Shown piece after piece: positions 1-10,388 of a stretch of 64,000 nt of DNA; position 1 is the first letter of the stretch; each line of letters begins with the position of its first letter. A program made the translations under genes and the position numbers. The stretch comes from Patescibacteria group bacterium (GTDB lineage Bacteria; Patescibacteriota; Microgenomatia; UBA8517). Where the stretch lies: positions 96,518-160,517 of the forward strand of contig JBGSJG010000008.1 in the NCBI GenBank assembly GCA_041742135.1, written 5' to 3'. The notes under the pieces were generated by a model. It saw nothing but the letters and a program-made list of their open reading frames with translations, searched no databases and was not told the origin of the DNA.

Positions 1-1146
1 TTAGTCATTTTTCCCAATAAACCTAAAATGCGCGTATCTATTTCACTATTATTTTTTGTTCTTTATTTTATTCCAGAGCTTGTGGCCACCCATGTTACTT
101 TTTCATCGGACTTTTATTCGGTACTGTTCGCTCTTGAAGCCTCGTATGCGTGGATGACCAAGAAAAGTTTTGGCTGGATGACCTTTACAATATTACTTGC
201 CGTTTTCGTCAAACAATCATCCGGACTTTTTCTTCTGCCGATATTTGTCTACTTTGTCATTACGCGGCTAAAAACTATTTCGTTGAGGGATCTACTTGGT
301 GTTTTTCCACTTGTGCTGTCAATCGCTTTTTATCACATAGTCCTTTTTATAAGTACAGGCAACCCGTTGGCGTTTTTGTTAAATGGAATCTTTCATTCAC
401 CCCTGTATCCGATTGATAATTTTCGGGATATGCGCTGGGGCCCCTTTGGTTTCATGCAAATAGTTATCTGGCCAGTTGTTGGAAACTTAACTGATCGCTA
501 CAGCGAATTAACTCAAAAGTTCAAATCTAAATATTTTTTTGCATTACTTTCCGTTTTCTATATAGCTTCAGCTTGGGTTTTTGTAAGGACTAAGAAACTT
601 GTGTTTATGGTTCTTTTTTCAAGTTATGTTTTTTGGGCATGGCAGTCCGGGTATGGGCGCTACCATTTAGCTTTAGTGGCGATTGCTTCTGTTTTACTCC
701 TTAATGATTTTCGCAAAAATATTCCAAAACTTGGCATCAGAGCAATTTTTGTTACGACTGCACTTGTGACTGTTGTCTCGTTGGTCACATTTAGAATTGA
801 TGTCGGCCAGCGCGGATTTGTATTAGAAAAATATTTTCCTCCAAAAGTATCACCTTACTATTTAAGCCAATTTCAAAAAGGGCTCGAGCTTTACGGCCAG
901 GATAAATTCTACGACACGTATTTAGAACTATCAATCGAAACTTATGATACAAGCAGTATTATTGTTTCCCCACGGGGCCACGCGACCTTCGAAGCCTTTT
1001 TGCTAAACCGTTACGAAAACAAACCGGTTTATCTTAAACTTACTCCTGAAGATAGTGTGCGAATTCTTGCGAGCGAGCGTGTTTCGAGCAAAATAAAAGA
1101 AAATTTGAAACCCCTTGAGCCATCACTTTTGATAGACAGCAATTAA
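1..1146 (+). CDS. Multi-pass membrane protein, probable GT-C-fold glycosyltransferase (5' partial)
   Basis: Frame is open back to position 1; many hydrophobic helices; motifs 'FVKQSS', 'TGNP', 'YGRYHL' resemble PMT/ArnT-like GT-C proteins; glycan-locus context. Confidence 0.6.
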   Translation, partial: LVIFPNKPKMRVSISLLFFVLYFIPELVATHVTFSSDFYSVLFALEASYAWMTKKSFGWMTFTILLAVFVKQSSGLFLLPIFVYFVITRLKTISLRDLLGVFPLVLSIAFYHIVLFISTGNPLAFLLNGIFHSPLYPIDNFRDMRWGPFGFMQIVIWPVVGNLTDRYSELTQKFKSKYFFALLSVFYIASAWVFVRTKKLVFMVLFSSYVFWAWQSGYGRYHLALVAIASVLLLNDFRKNIPKLGIRAIFVTTALVTVVSLVTFRIDVGQRGFVLEKYFPPKVSPYYLSQFQKGLELYGQDKFYDTYLELSIETYDTSSIIVSPRGHATFEAFLLNRYENKPVYLKLTPEDSVRILASERVSSKIKENLKPLEPSLLIDSN

Positions 1147-1722
1147 ATTACTTCCAAGGGAAATAGGAAGAATATTTAATATCAAATACACAAGCCTTGT
1201 ACTAATTTTTAGTCCTAATAAAAATGCTAAAACGTAGTTAACCTCTAGTGTTTTTAGGCCTAAGATTTCTCCAAGAGTTTTAAAACTCTTTGGAGTGAAC
1301 GGCCGAACATGGGTTGGGTCGTCCCAAAAATAGGTACTCGGAGTAGGGGAGGAAATAATCAAGTAGCCACCCTTTTTAATAAATGGAAGAAGTGCGGTAA
1401 GCTCATTAATTGGGTCGTGCATATGTTCCACCACAGACTGAATAAAAATTGCATCAAAAAAATTCTTTTTATATTTTTTTGAAAGTACGTGGTAATCTCC
1501 CAGGTCCACTTCTAGGCCGCGTTTTTTGGCCATAACTACGGATCGTTCAAATAAATCAATTCCGTAGGTTTTTACCCCAAGCTCACGAGCCACGATCATC
1601 ATGTCTCCGGGGCCAGAGCCGTAATCTAAAAGACTTTTGTTGTGAAGTTCGTATTTTTTGATAACTTTTGCAAAATATACTTTTCTAATTTTGTCAAAAG
1701 TTCCTTCGTAAGCCAAGTACAT
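1123..1722 (-). CDS. Class I SAM-dependent methyltransferase
   Basis: 'LLDYGSGPG' motif I, 'FDAIFIQSVVEH', 'FWDDPTHVRPFT'. Confidence 0.85.
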   Translation of the reverse strand: MYLAYEGTFDKIRKVYFAKVIKKYELHNKSLLDYGSGPGDMMIVARELGVKTYGIDLFERSVVMAKKRGLEVDLGDYHVLSKKYKKNFFDAIFIQSVVEHMHDPINELTALLPFIKKGGYLIISSPTPSTYFWDDPTHVRPFTPKSFKTLGEILGLKTLEVNYVLAFLLGLKISTRLVYLILNILPISLGSNLIAVYQK

Positions 1723-2919
1723 TTATTTCTTAAGTGTTTTGATTATAGCTGCAATGTCAGAGCGTTGCACGTACGGGTGGCAAGGGAGTGTTAACAGCTC
1801 TTGGCTAATTCTAAAAGCCCCAGGAAAGGCCTTTTGGTCGATCTCCATGCCGTGCTCGGTGTACATTGGGCTTGCTTCAATTCCGGCTTTAGCAAGTTTA
1901 TTGGTCCATTTTTCCCGCGACCTAACAAGAATGGGGTATCTGATGTAGTGGACTTGCGAAAGTCCTGAAAGTTTATTTACTATATTTAAGTTCTGGGATT
2001 TTGCCAAAGCTTCCTCGAGCTTCAAAGCGTTTTTTGATCTAGTGGCTTGGTTTTGCTCCAACCTAGACAGAATAATAAGTCCGAGCGCAGCTTGAAACGA
2101 AGACAAGCTCCCAACGTACTCGTCTTTATCAAATTCAAAATCAAATTCTGATTTGGTTTTTCGTATCGTGTCCTCCATCGAAAGCGACTTTCTGTTTAGT
2201 CGAAGTACACGAAAAAAGTTAATTAAAAGGCCATAAGCCCAAGGCTTGGACAGAATACTAAAAGCAGCCATTCTGATAAAGCTAGTGGCGCTCGTAGATT
2301 TTCTTTTTTTGTCCTCCCACTTTTCCATAATATTGCCGTTTTTTTCCACAATCGCCCCGCCTCCAATAGGCAAAGCCTTGCCTTCTTGGAAGTTTAAAAT
2401 TGTAAAGTCGCCATAGCTCCCCAGTCTCTTTTTTTTGTAGACTGAGCCAATTCCGTAGTCCGCGCCTTCTAGCACAAATATTTTATTAGATTTACATTTT
2501 TTGCAGATTTCATCGATTGGATTCGTAAGCCCGAAGAGGTTACTCACAATTACAGCCAGTACATCGTTACTCAGAGCCTTGTCAAAAGAAGTCATGTTTA
2601 TAGCCAGAGTGTCCGGGTCCATGTCGCAGTAACGGATTGTAAGGCCGCTGGCGAGTACCGCATGGGCAAAACTGGGGCACGAATACCTCGGAAGAACGAC
2701 ATATTTTCGTTTAGGATTAGCTTTTTTAAGACTGACAAGGCATGCATATGTTGCACGCATGAAAGAAGTAAAAGTGTAGGTAGATTGGCCGCCAAAATAG
2801 CTTGAAAGTGCTTGGCCAAACTCGGACAGCTTATCGTCTGATCTTATTGTATCAATCGCTGCTTTGTTAATATCAGAAAGCGAAACGGGGGTTATTGCGG
2901 CAGGAACTAGCCTAACCAT
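1723..2919 (-). CDS. DegT/DnrJ/EryC1/StrS family PLP-dependent sugar aminotransferase
   Basis: 'LPRYSCPS', 'LFGL', 'NFQEGKALPIGGG' (PLP Lys), 'LLTLPCHP'; ATG at 2919 overlaps the upstream gene end. Confidence 0.8.
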   Translation of the reverse strand: MVRLVPAAITPVSLSDINKAAIDTIRSDDKLSEFGQALSSYFGGQSTYTFTSFMRATYACLVSLKKANPKRKYVVLPRYSCPSFAHAVLASGLTIRYCDMDPDTLAINMTSFDKALSNDVLAVIVSNLFGLTNPIDEICKKCKSNKIFVLEGADYGIGSVYKKKRLGSYGDFTILNFQEGKALPIGGGAIVEKNGNIMEKWEDKKRKSTSATSFIRMAAFSILSKPWAYGLLINFFRVLRLNRKSLSMEDTIRKTKSEFDFEFDKDEYVGSLSSFQAALGLIILSRLEQNQATRSKNALKLEEALAKSQNLNIVNKLSGLSQVHYIRYPILVRSREKWTNKLAKAGIEASPMYTEHGMEIDQKAFPGAFRISQELLTLPCHPYVQRSDIAAIIKTLKK

Positions 2920-3265
2920 ATTTAAACAGTACAAAAACACCGACTACAATTAAAGATAAAGCAAAGATTTTCATAGGCGTTATGGCTTCATGGAATACGA
3001 AATACGAGACGATTACTAACGCCACATAGTTAATTGAAAGCGCTGGATATGCTACTGAAATTGGAAGCTTCTTGACCACAAATAGCCACAAAACTGCGCC
3101 TAGAAAATATAATCCAAAGGTAAATAGCAGAGGAACATTGGTGAGAATTTGTTTGATCAAGTCGAGGCTAAAAGTAAGCTCGGTGCGTTGAGAGCTGTAC
3201 TTCATCATTATTTGCCCAACTGTAGCTATTACAACGCTTATGGCAAAAAGAACATATACAGACAT
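2912..3265 (-). CDS. SMR/EamA-type 4-TM protein, ArnE/ArnF-like flippase subunit
   Basis: 117 aa, 'GQIMMK', 'LWLFVVKKLPISVAYP', 'FHEAIT' match the ArnE/F-like small DMT pattern. Confidence 0.8.
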   Translation of the reverse strand: MSVYVLFAISVVIATVGQIMMKYSSQRTELTFSLDLIKQILTNVPLLFTFGLYFLGAVLWLFVVKKLPISVAYPALSINYVALVIVSYFVFHEAITPMKIFALSLIVVGVFVLFKYG

Positions 3266-3271
3266 CTTTTT

Positions 3272-3280
3272 AGTATAGCA
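3272..3280 (-). promoter_or_regulatory. Extended -10 promoter (TGc-TATACT) 6 nt upstream of the ATG at 3265; leaderless
   Basis: Minus strand reads TGCTATACTAAAAAGATG. Confidence 0.6.
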
Positions 3281-3339
3281 TTAATATTTACGCCAATTGC
3301 TGTGATATCATACATATTAGTGGATTAGGCGTGTTATTT

Positions 3340-4080
3340 ATGGAGAAAAATCAACAGAACTACAAGAACTTGTCTATCGTTATCCCTGTCTATAATGAAG
3401 AAAAATACATTACAGAAATACTTAGCCGTGTAGTGAAGGCTGATTCTCTTAAGCTCACTAAAGAAATAATTATTGTCAACGACGGCTCGACAGACAAAAC
3501 CCGAGCAATCCTCGATAAACTAGAAAAAGAATATAAAAGAAAGAAGATAAACATCTCAATTTTTCATAAAAAAAACGGTGGGAAAGGCACTGCCGTAAAG
3601 TATGGCTTCACGAAAACCCATGGTGACATTGTCATTGTTCAGGATGCCGACTTGGAATATGACCCTAACGACTACACCCTTTTATTATCTCCATTTTTCA
3701 GAAGTAGCGCCGATGTGGTTTTTGGCTCGCGCCTTGTTACAGCTGAGCCTCACCGAGTTCTTTACTACTGGCACTCTGTAATAAATCATTTCTTTACAAC
3801 TCTTTCGAACATTTTTACAAACTTAAATTTAACTGACATGGAAACCGGTTATAAGGCCTTTAGGGGGGAGCTAATACGTGAGATTGCGCCGAAACTGGAA
3901 AGTGCAAAATTTGGATTTGAGCCAGAAATCACAGCACGAATCGCAAAAGTTAAGGGAGTAAAAATTTATGAAGTAGGAATATCCTATTCTGGAAGAACTT
4001 ACGAGGAAGGAAAGAAAATCGGTTGGCAGGATGGTGTTAGAGCAATTTGGGAAATTATTAAATATAACCTTCTTTCATGA
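3340..4080 (+). CDS. GT2 polyprenol-phosphate glycosyltransferase (DPM1/ArnC-like)
   Basis: 'SIVIPVYNE', 'VNDGSTD', 'QDADLEYDP', 'TDMETGYKAF', 'GRTYEEGKKIGWQDG'. Confidence 0.9.
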   Translation: MEKNQQNYKNLSIVIPVYNEEKYITEILSRVVKADSLKLTKEIIIVNDGSTDKTRAILDKLEKEYKRKKINISIFHKKNGGKGTAVKYGFTKTHGDIVIVQDADLEYDPNDYTLLLSPFFRSSADVVFGSRLVTAEPHRVLYYWHSVINHFFTTLSNIFTNLNLTDMETGYKAFRGELIREIAPKLESAKFGFEPEITARIAKVKGVKIYEVGISYSGRTYEEGKKIGWQDGVRAIWEIIKYNLLS

Positions 4081-5774
4081 AACGAATCGCGCGACTAATC
4101 CCTTGGCAACTTGTTGCTGTTTTAGTCGTTGCGCTCTTTCCGCTTCTTTTAACTTTTAAAAACATATCAGTCGGGTTGGTAGATTGGCGTGACTATCCAT
4201 TTATTGTTTGGGTGATGGAGCAAAACGTACGAAGTATTGTGAGTCTTGATTTTGCCGGTCTTGCAAACACGAATGGCTACTACCCTTTCGATGGCACAAA
4301 ATACCTATCTGATCTTCTGATTCCCCAGTCGATACTAATGCTCCCGCTAGGGCTTTTGACAAATAATTTGATCTTGAAATTTAACTTGGTATTTGCATTA
4401 ACAATTTTTCTGAATATCATTACGACCTACTATTTTTGGTTTTCGATTTTTAAAGACAGAAAGATTGCAGCAATTGGGAGTTTTTTGACTTCGTTTTCCC
4501 CATTTTTCCACTCAAACATCAACCATTTTCAGATGATTACCTTCTGGCCTTTTTTTGCAGCACTATTTTTCTTGTTTAAAGAACGAGAAAAGGCGAAAAC
4601 CTATGTGTATGTTGGGGTGTTGTTGGCAGTTCAGTTTTTGGCCAGTGCGTATTTGGGGGTGTTTTTAGCCTTTGTTGTTTTGGCCTTTGCCTTGTCTCAA
4701 AGTTTAACTAACAAAAATTTAAGCTTCATTAAATATTTTGGCATAGCGATCCTGATTTTTTTGGCAATCGACGGTGTGTTTATAAAAGGCTACATTGACG
4801 CGAAAAGCCAGTTTGAAATCGTACGAGGCTACACCGAATATATTTTTTACTCCGCACATGCGGCCGATTATCTTTTTCCTAAAGCAATAAACTCTATCGT
4901 TTATCGTTTGCCGCTATTTGGCAATTGGAACGCTTTGAGTGGCCACTTTGGTGAGGCAGCCCAATTCCCTGGATTTTCAGTATTGCTTTTGGCTGTCGTT
5001 GCATTAATAAAAAATCAAAAAGACAAAGGATTTTTTGTAGGTATTAAGTTTGGTAAATCTGAACTATTTTTTGTCACATTGATACTTGCAGGTTTTCTTT
5101 TTTCACTGGGACCTAGGCTTCAGTTTAACGGTAATTATGACCATCTTCCTTTGCCCTATCATTTCGTAGTCAAGTATCTACCCCTTGTTAACTCTGTAAG
5201 GACTCCTGGAAGGTGGAGTTTTATTTTCTATATTGGGCTTATTTATTTTGCCCTTAAAGCAATGAGCAAAATTAAAAGTAAATTTCTGTTTACTGCCATT
5301 GCAGTTTTTATGCTTTTTGAGTATTTGCCGATATCTATTCCAAGTGAAGTGCAGTCATATGTAGACCAAAATGACCATGTATTGGTAAATGAATGTCAGA
5401 AAGACAACTTGGTTGCTCTTCAAATCCCTGTCACGCATTTTGATGTCAAAGGAGGAATTGTTGAAGGCCTAAGCTACATCACGAAAGAAGAGCTGGCTAG
5501 CCTGTATCACGGCTGCAGGTTTGTTAATGGCTACAGTGGGTACGATCTACCGCATATTCAAGGAATTAAAAACGGACTTTACGAGTCGCTTAATGTTTAT
5601 AACCCAGAGCTGTTTTATGAAACAATTGTTAACTCTCAAGCAGAGCTTATCGTGATTAACCGTCAGCACATACTTTTGGAGCTTGAAGAAAACCTTCTGC
5701 CAACACTTAGTTTACTTGTAAACGAGGGCAAGTTAGAACAAATTTCCCAGTGGATATATAAGGTGAATAAATGA
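4077..5774 (+). CDS. Multi-pass membrane protein, probable GT-C (YfhO-like) glycosyltransferase
   Basis: About 12 TM segments, 'SLGP', 'VRTPGRW', C-terminal soluble domain with 'VNGYSG'. Confidence 0.65.
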   Translation: MKRIARLIPWQLVAVLVVALFPLLLTFKNISVGLVDWRDYPFIVWVMEQNVRSIVSLDFAGLANTNGYYPFDGTKYLSDLLIPQSILMLPLGLLTNNLILKFNLVFALTIFLNIITTYYFWFSIFKDRKIAAIGSFLTSFSPFFHSNINHFQMITFWPFFAALFFLFKEREKAKTYVYVGVLLAVQFLASAYLGVFLAFVVLAFALSQSLTNKNLSFIKYFGIAILIFLAIDGVFIKGYIDAKSQFEIVRGYTEYIFYSAHAADYLFPKAINSIVYRLPLFGNWNALSGHFGEAAQFPGFSVLLLAVVALIKNQKDKGFFVGIKFGKSELFFVTLILAGFLFSLGPRLQFNGNYDHLPLPYHFVVKYLPLVNSVRTPGRWSFIFYIGLIYFALKAMSKIKSKFLFTAIAVFMLFEYLPISIPSEVQSYVDQNDHVLVNECQKDNLVALQIPVTHFDVKGGIVEGLSYITKEELASLYHGCRFVNGYSGYDLPHIQGIKNGLYESLNVYNPELFYETIVNSQAELIVINRQHILLELEENLLPTLSLLVNEGKLEQISQWIYKVNK

Positions 5775-6835
5775 AAAAGAAATCAGTTGTAAATCTAAAT
5801 AGTAAAATCTACTACCAAGGCAAGTACTGGAATGATATCCCCATGGTGCTTCGGTACATGTCAAAAAATTTTACAGGAGACCCTCACAAATGGTGGACTG
5901 AAGACTTTATGGAAAAGTTTGGCCAAAAGCCATTTAAACACGCTTTGTTTTTAAATTGCGGTGACGGAAGGCATGAGATAGAGTTTTACGACAAAGGAAT
6001 TGCCAAAAAAATTACAGCCTTTGACATATCGCCTGAATTAGTAAAGATAGCTAATTCTCACAAAGGTAGGAGAAGAATTAAATTTATTGTTGCCGATGCT
6101 AACAAAATCAAATTTAAGAAAAATGAATTTGATTTAGTAGTTAACGTTGCAGCGCTTCACCATGTGCAATACATTAATCGTCTGTGCCGTGAAATTGCAA
6201 ATGCTCTTACGCCACAGGGCTTAATAGTTAATTTTGATTATGTTGGCTCTCACAGAAACCAATACTCACTTTTTTCTTGGGTAATTGTTAGGTTAATTAA
6301 TAAATTATTGCCGAAAAATGTCAGAAAAGGTCCGATCGGCTATCCTCATATTCCGACAATGCTGGCAACCGACCCCACCGAAGCGATCCATTCGGAGCTA
6401 ATCGAGCAGATGCTTGGAAGATATTTTAAAATTGTTAAAAATCGCAGGACAGGTGGAGGAGTGGCGTATGATATCTTGACCCACAATAACAACCTTAATA
6501 AGTTGAAAAAAGATGAGCTAAATAAACATGTTTCGAGGATTTTGTTTTTGGACAGGCTGTTTGTCTGGATGGGAATTTCTCCAAATCTTTTTTCCTATAT
6601 CATCGCTATGCCAAATAAAAAAATACTTACTGATAAAATTCAAATTTCTACTTGGCAGAGCCAAGAAAACATGCGTGAGGAAATTGCGTACGCAAATCGG
6701 GGAGTGTATGGCTTTAAAGATTATTGTAGGTTAGTACTTAATAGTCACGGATTTCTTGATCGAGCATATCTTATTTCCAAATATATAAAGAATCTTCCCA
6801 AAGTAGTTAAGTATAATCTTGGAATATATGATTAA
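5771..6835 (+). CDS. Class I SAM-dependent methyltransferase
   Basis: 'LFLNCGDG', 'AFDISP', 'FDLVVNVAALHHV', 'DPTEAIHS'. Confidence 0.8.
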   Translation: MKKKSVVNLNSKIYYQGKYWNDIPMVLRYMSKNFTGDPHKWWTEDFMEKFGQKPFKHALFLNCGDGRHEIEFYDKGIAKKITAFDISPELVKIANSHKGRRRIKFIVADANKIKFKKNEFDLVVNVAALHHVQYINRLCREIANALTPQGLIVNFDYVGSHRNQYSLFSWVIVRLINKLLPKNVRKGPIGYPHIPTMLATDPTEAIHSELIEQMLGRYFKIVKNRRTGGGVAYDILTHNNNLNKLKKDELNKHVSRILFLDRLFVWMGISPNLFSYIIAMPNKKILTDKIQISTWQSQENMREEIAYANRGVYGFKDYCRLVLNSHGFLDRAYLISKYIKNLPKVVKYNLGIYD

Positions 6836-8318
6836 AGCTGTCCTGAAGCATTGGCCACTTCTGTGGCTTGTCGTAGTTTATGTTCTTTTCTCGCTTCTTA
6901 CCGCTCGAGATTTTGGTGTTGCTTGGGACGAACAAGAGATATACGCCAGATCAGCATTTTTGATAAACTACCTGCTTGGCCGCGTCGACTACAACTTGTA
7001 TCTTAAAGACACATACGGCCTGTTTTACAACCATCTTCACGGTCTTTTTTTGGTCTTATTAAACCCCAAAGGCACTTTTGGAATCTATCATTTTCTAAAT
7101 ATGCTATTTGCGGTTCCAATGTATGTTACTGCTTATCTATTGCTGTATAAAAAATACAAGCAAGTAGTATACGCGATTATCGGCCCTGCCTTTTTGTTGT
7201 TAATACCAAATTTACTTGGCCACATGCCAATCAATCCAAAAGATGGCTCGTTTGCAGTGTATTACTTTATCTCCTTGTGTGCAATTTATCTTCTGAGGAA
7301 TTTTAAAAATCCGAGTGCAAAGATTTTACTACTTGGAGTCATGTTTGGGTTTGCACAAAGCGCAAGAATTATTGGATTTACACTTTTCATAATTTTTCCG
7401 ATCTATGAACTTTTTTTTGGACCCCAGCGGATAAATATTCACAAATTTGTTTTCATTGCTTCGCAAACAGTCGCAATTTTTGTGGTAGCCAATTTTGTTT
7501 TAGTAGTAAGTTGGCCATATCTAGGCGCTAATTACCTAGCGCATATGGTAGAAATCTTTAATTCTGCCAAAAGCTATCCCTGGAATGGTAGTGTGCTATT
7601 TGATGGCATTGCAACTCCAGCAAGTGAACTACCAAATACATATCTGCCAAAATTGTTTTTGATTACCACGCCATTGTTTATACTTACTTTTTTTGGATGG
7701 GTTGCTGTAAAAGCAAAGAAAATTATTAAAGACGACATGCTATTTTTGTTTATGTTTGCTTTTACGCTAAACGTGTTTTTATATTTCTCCCTCAGGCCCG
7801 TCGTCTATGATGGGTTAAGGCACTATCTTTTTTTGCTTCCAATCATAGGGTTAGTCTCTGCAATTGGGTTTATCGATTACTTCAAAAGTTCAAGAAAGAC
7901 AATACTTAAAAAATTAGTGTTGATTTTTGTTGTTGTAAACGTCCTTAAAGTTGTTTTTGAAATGATAGTTTTACATCCTTACGAGTACGTTTATTTTAAC
8001 GAGATCGTAGGCGGGCTTCCTGGGGCATATGAGAAGTACGAGACAGAGTATATGGGAATATCCCACAAAGATGCCATAATGTGGTTAAAAAAGAGTGAAA
8101 TATCTGGCGATCGCGAGTATTTTGTAGTTAATTGTGGCCACCCGTTCTCCGGCATGTACTATCTTCGCGACAATATGCGTTGGACCGAAAAAGTGGAAGA
8201 AGCAGATTATCATGTTTGCTATACACGCTTTAACAACCATTTAGCTGTTTCAAACGACAAAACAATCTATATAATTAAACGGTTCGGAGTTCCAATAAAT
8301 TTTATTAGAAAACTATGA
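6828..8318 (+). CDS. GT39/ArnT-like GT-C glycosyltransferase
   Basis: 'DFGVAWDE' loop, 'NPKDG', 'YDGLRHYLF', 'HPYEYVYFNE..GG', multiple TM helices. Confidence 0.75.
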   Translation: MIKAVLKHWPLLWLVVVYVLFSLLTARDFGVAWDEQEIYARSAFLINYLLGRVDYNLYLKDTYGLFYNHLHGLFLVLLNPKGTFGIYHFLNMLFAVPMYVTAYLLLYKKYKQVVYAIIGPAFLLLIPNLLGHMPINPKDGSFAVYYFISLCAIYLLRNFKNPSAKILLLGVMFGFAQSARIIGFTLFIIFPIYELFFGPQRINIHKFVFIASQTVAIFVVANFVLVVSWPYLGANYLAHMVEIFNSAKSYPWNGSVLFDGIATPASELPNTYLPKLFLITTPLFILTFFGWVAVKAKKIIKDDMLFLFMFAFTLNVFLYFSLRPVVYDGLRHYLFLLPIIGLVSAIGFIDYFKSSRKTILKKLVLIFVVVNVLKVVFEMIVLHPYEYVYFNEIVGGLPGAYEKYETEYMGISHKDAIMWLKKSEISGDREYFVVNCGHPFSGMYYLRDNMRWTEKVEEADYHVCYTRFNNHLAVSNDKTIYIIKRFGVPINFIRKL

Positions 8319-8968
8319 AAATACAAAATGTCGGTAAATGGAACGACGAAATGTTTTCAAAGCATCCGACTCCATATACGGGGTTTGCAGGCTTAGTGGA
8401 AAAAATTAGGATTAGAACTATCTTGGCGGACGCCAACATCGGCCCTAAAGATAAAGTGTTAGAAATAGGTTGTGAAGCTGGGAATTTAATAACATCGATC
8501 AATACTAGCGATAAGCTTACAGGATTTGACATTTCCAAGGAAGCTCTCGGCAATGCTAAAAAACTAGCACGCAAACTTGGCAAAAAAATCAAATTTGTTC
8601 AAGGTGATGCGACTAAGAAATTGCCATTCAAAAAGGGAGAATTCGACGTAATAATTTGCTCTGAAACGCTTGAGCATGTTTTAGATCCAGCGAAAGCGAT
8701 TGATAGAATTTGGGAAATTGCCGGGAAAAAGTCGCGAGTGATCATAACAGTTCCGAACGAGAAACCAAAGCTGGTCGTTAAAAAATTACTTAAGAAATTT
8801 CGCATTATGGACCTGGTAATGCCAGGGATAGAAGACAAACAGAGTGAATGGCACATTCATGCTTTTTCAAAACCTATGATTCTTAAGCTTCTTAAAAAGA
8901 ACTTTAAGATTGAGCGCGTGGGCTCGATCTTGGGGCTTCATGTTATTGTCAGCGCTCGTCCAAAGTAA
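8315..8968 (+). CDS. Class I SAM-dependent methyltransferase (Methyltransf_11-like)
   Basis: 'VLEIGCEAG', 'GFDIS', 'FDVIICSETLEHV', 'ITVPN'. Confidence 0.85.
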   Translation: MKIQNVGKWNDEMFSKHPTPYTGFAGLVEKIRIRTILADANIGPKDKVLEIGCEAGNLITSINTSDKLTGFDISKEALGNAKKLARKLGKKIKFVQGDATKKLPFKKGEFDVIICSETLEHVLDPAKAIDRIWEIAGKKSRVIITVPNEKPKLVVKKLLKKFRIMDLVMPGIEDKQSEWHIHAFSKPMILKLLKKNFKIERVGSILGLHVIVSARPK

Positions 8969-10388
8969 TCAGTACTTTCTCGTTGTCAAAAAGTTTGGGA
9001 ATGCCCTTTTGTACAAAAGAAGGTCTGTAAACCCTGATTCGCTCGATTACTTCATTATTTTTTCTGTAAACGTTATTGACATAAATATAATTATTTTCAA
9101 GCATGTACTGAGCCAAAATTGGATCGTGGAACCATGCGTTTCTGTTATACATTATTTCCCCGGGGAGTAAATTAGCCCACCAAGCCCATTCGAGTTGGTA
9201 AGTTGTCAAAAAATTTAGATAGAAACTAAAAACGAAAGTAGTCGCGACTAGAATTTTTGCAATTTTCCTGTTTATATATTTTAAAGAATAGCTTGTGAGG
9301 AATATGTAAATTGGGACGGATTCTGATAGTAACCGTGCGTTTAGTGCCCCCCCTCCTATCCACATCCACCAGGATGAAGCAAACGCCACAAAAAGTATTG
9401 CCACAGGCAATATCGCTGTCAGAAAGAGTTCTTCTTCTGTTCTTTCCTCACGTCGCCTAGCGATTTTCCAAGCCCCAAGCACGCCAAGAAGCAATAATGG
9501 AGAGTAAAAGAACAAGCCAAAATTGAAACTAAAAAGAATTGATATTACGTTACGGATGAACTTTTCAAGGCCCCATGTCGTAAGAGAGTAGGACATTTCA
9601 CTTTCCAAACCATAAGGTACGCCGAGTTCTCGGTACCAAAGTGTAATAAACCCATAGGTAAGCGCAAAGCCTAACCCTATAACAAACATTTTCTTGAACA
9701 ACTCTTTAGTAATTCCACTTTTTGCCACAATTAATGCAAAAGGAAAAAATAAATAAAGTACATTACTAATTCTGACTTGAGTAAAAAGTCCAGCGATTAA
9801 TCCTGCTACCAGAAAAGGAAATAATTTGTTTTTTGCGCTTAGTAAAATCCACACATAAAGCATAATTAGAAAAAGTGAAACTCCGTGCATTGTATTGGCT
9901 TGAGATGCGGTGTTAAAAATATTAGTGCAAAATACATAAATCGCAGTCATAAGTAACGGTTTTGCATGCCCTTTTGAAAATCGGCTTAATATCAGAAATA
10001 CAAATATTACAGAAAGAGATGTGTAAAGTGATGCAGTAATTTTTCCTGCATACTGGTGATATGCAGAGTTAAAAATCTGCGTTTCTGTTAAATAGTCAAT
10101 CCCAAAATATTTGTTAACTAGATAGAATGGTGGAGTAGACAAAAGGCCAACTAGTGGTGGAGATTTAGAAAACACGATTCCATTTTCATTAGTAACCTTA
10201 ATGCCTGCAAGGCCACCTTCATCGATCAGTTCTTTGTAGTTTGTTAAGTCAATGCGGTTTTCAAAAATGAGATTCATGGCCACAAAGTTGTTTGGTATCG
10301 AATCAGTAGTAGGAAAAAAGCGAAGTGAATGCGTAAAAGAGAAAAATGAAACCAAAAAAACAACTAAAGCTAGTAAGATTTTTTTCAT
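8949..10388 (-). CDS. Multi-pass membrane protein, probable GT-C glycosyltransferase
   Basis: N-terminal 'TTDSIP' loop, 'GLFFYSP', 'WWMWIGGGALNARLL' (WxGG..xR motif of GT-C-like proteins). Confidence 0.65.
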   Translation of the reverse strand: MKKILLALVVFLVSFFSFTHSLRFFPTTDSIPNNFVAMNLIFENRIDLTNYKELIDEGGLAGIKVTNENGIVFSKSPPLVGLLSTPPFYLVNKYFGIDYLTETQIFNSAYHQYAGKITASLYTSLSVIFVFLILSRFSKGHAKPLLMTAIYVFCTNIFNTASQANTMHGVSLFLIMLYVWILLSAKNKLFPFLVAGLIAGLFTQVRISNVLYLFFPFALIVAKSGITKELFKKMFVIGLGFALTYGFITLWYRELGVPYGLESEMSYSLTTWGLEKFIRNVISILFSFNFGLFFYSPLLLLGVLGAWKIARRREERTEEELFLTAILPVAILFVAFASSWWMWIGGGALNARLLSESVPIYIFLTSYSLKYINRKIAKILVATTFVFSFYLNFLTTYQLEWAWWANLLPGEIMYNRNAWFHDPILAQYMLENNYIYVNNVYRKNNEVIERIRVYRPSFVQKGIPKLFDNEKVLITLDER

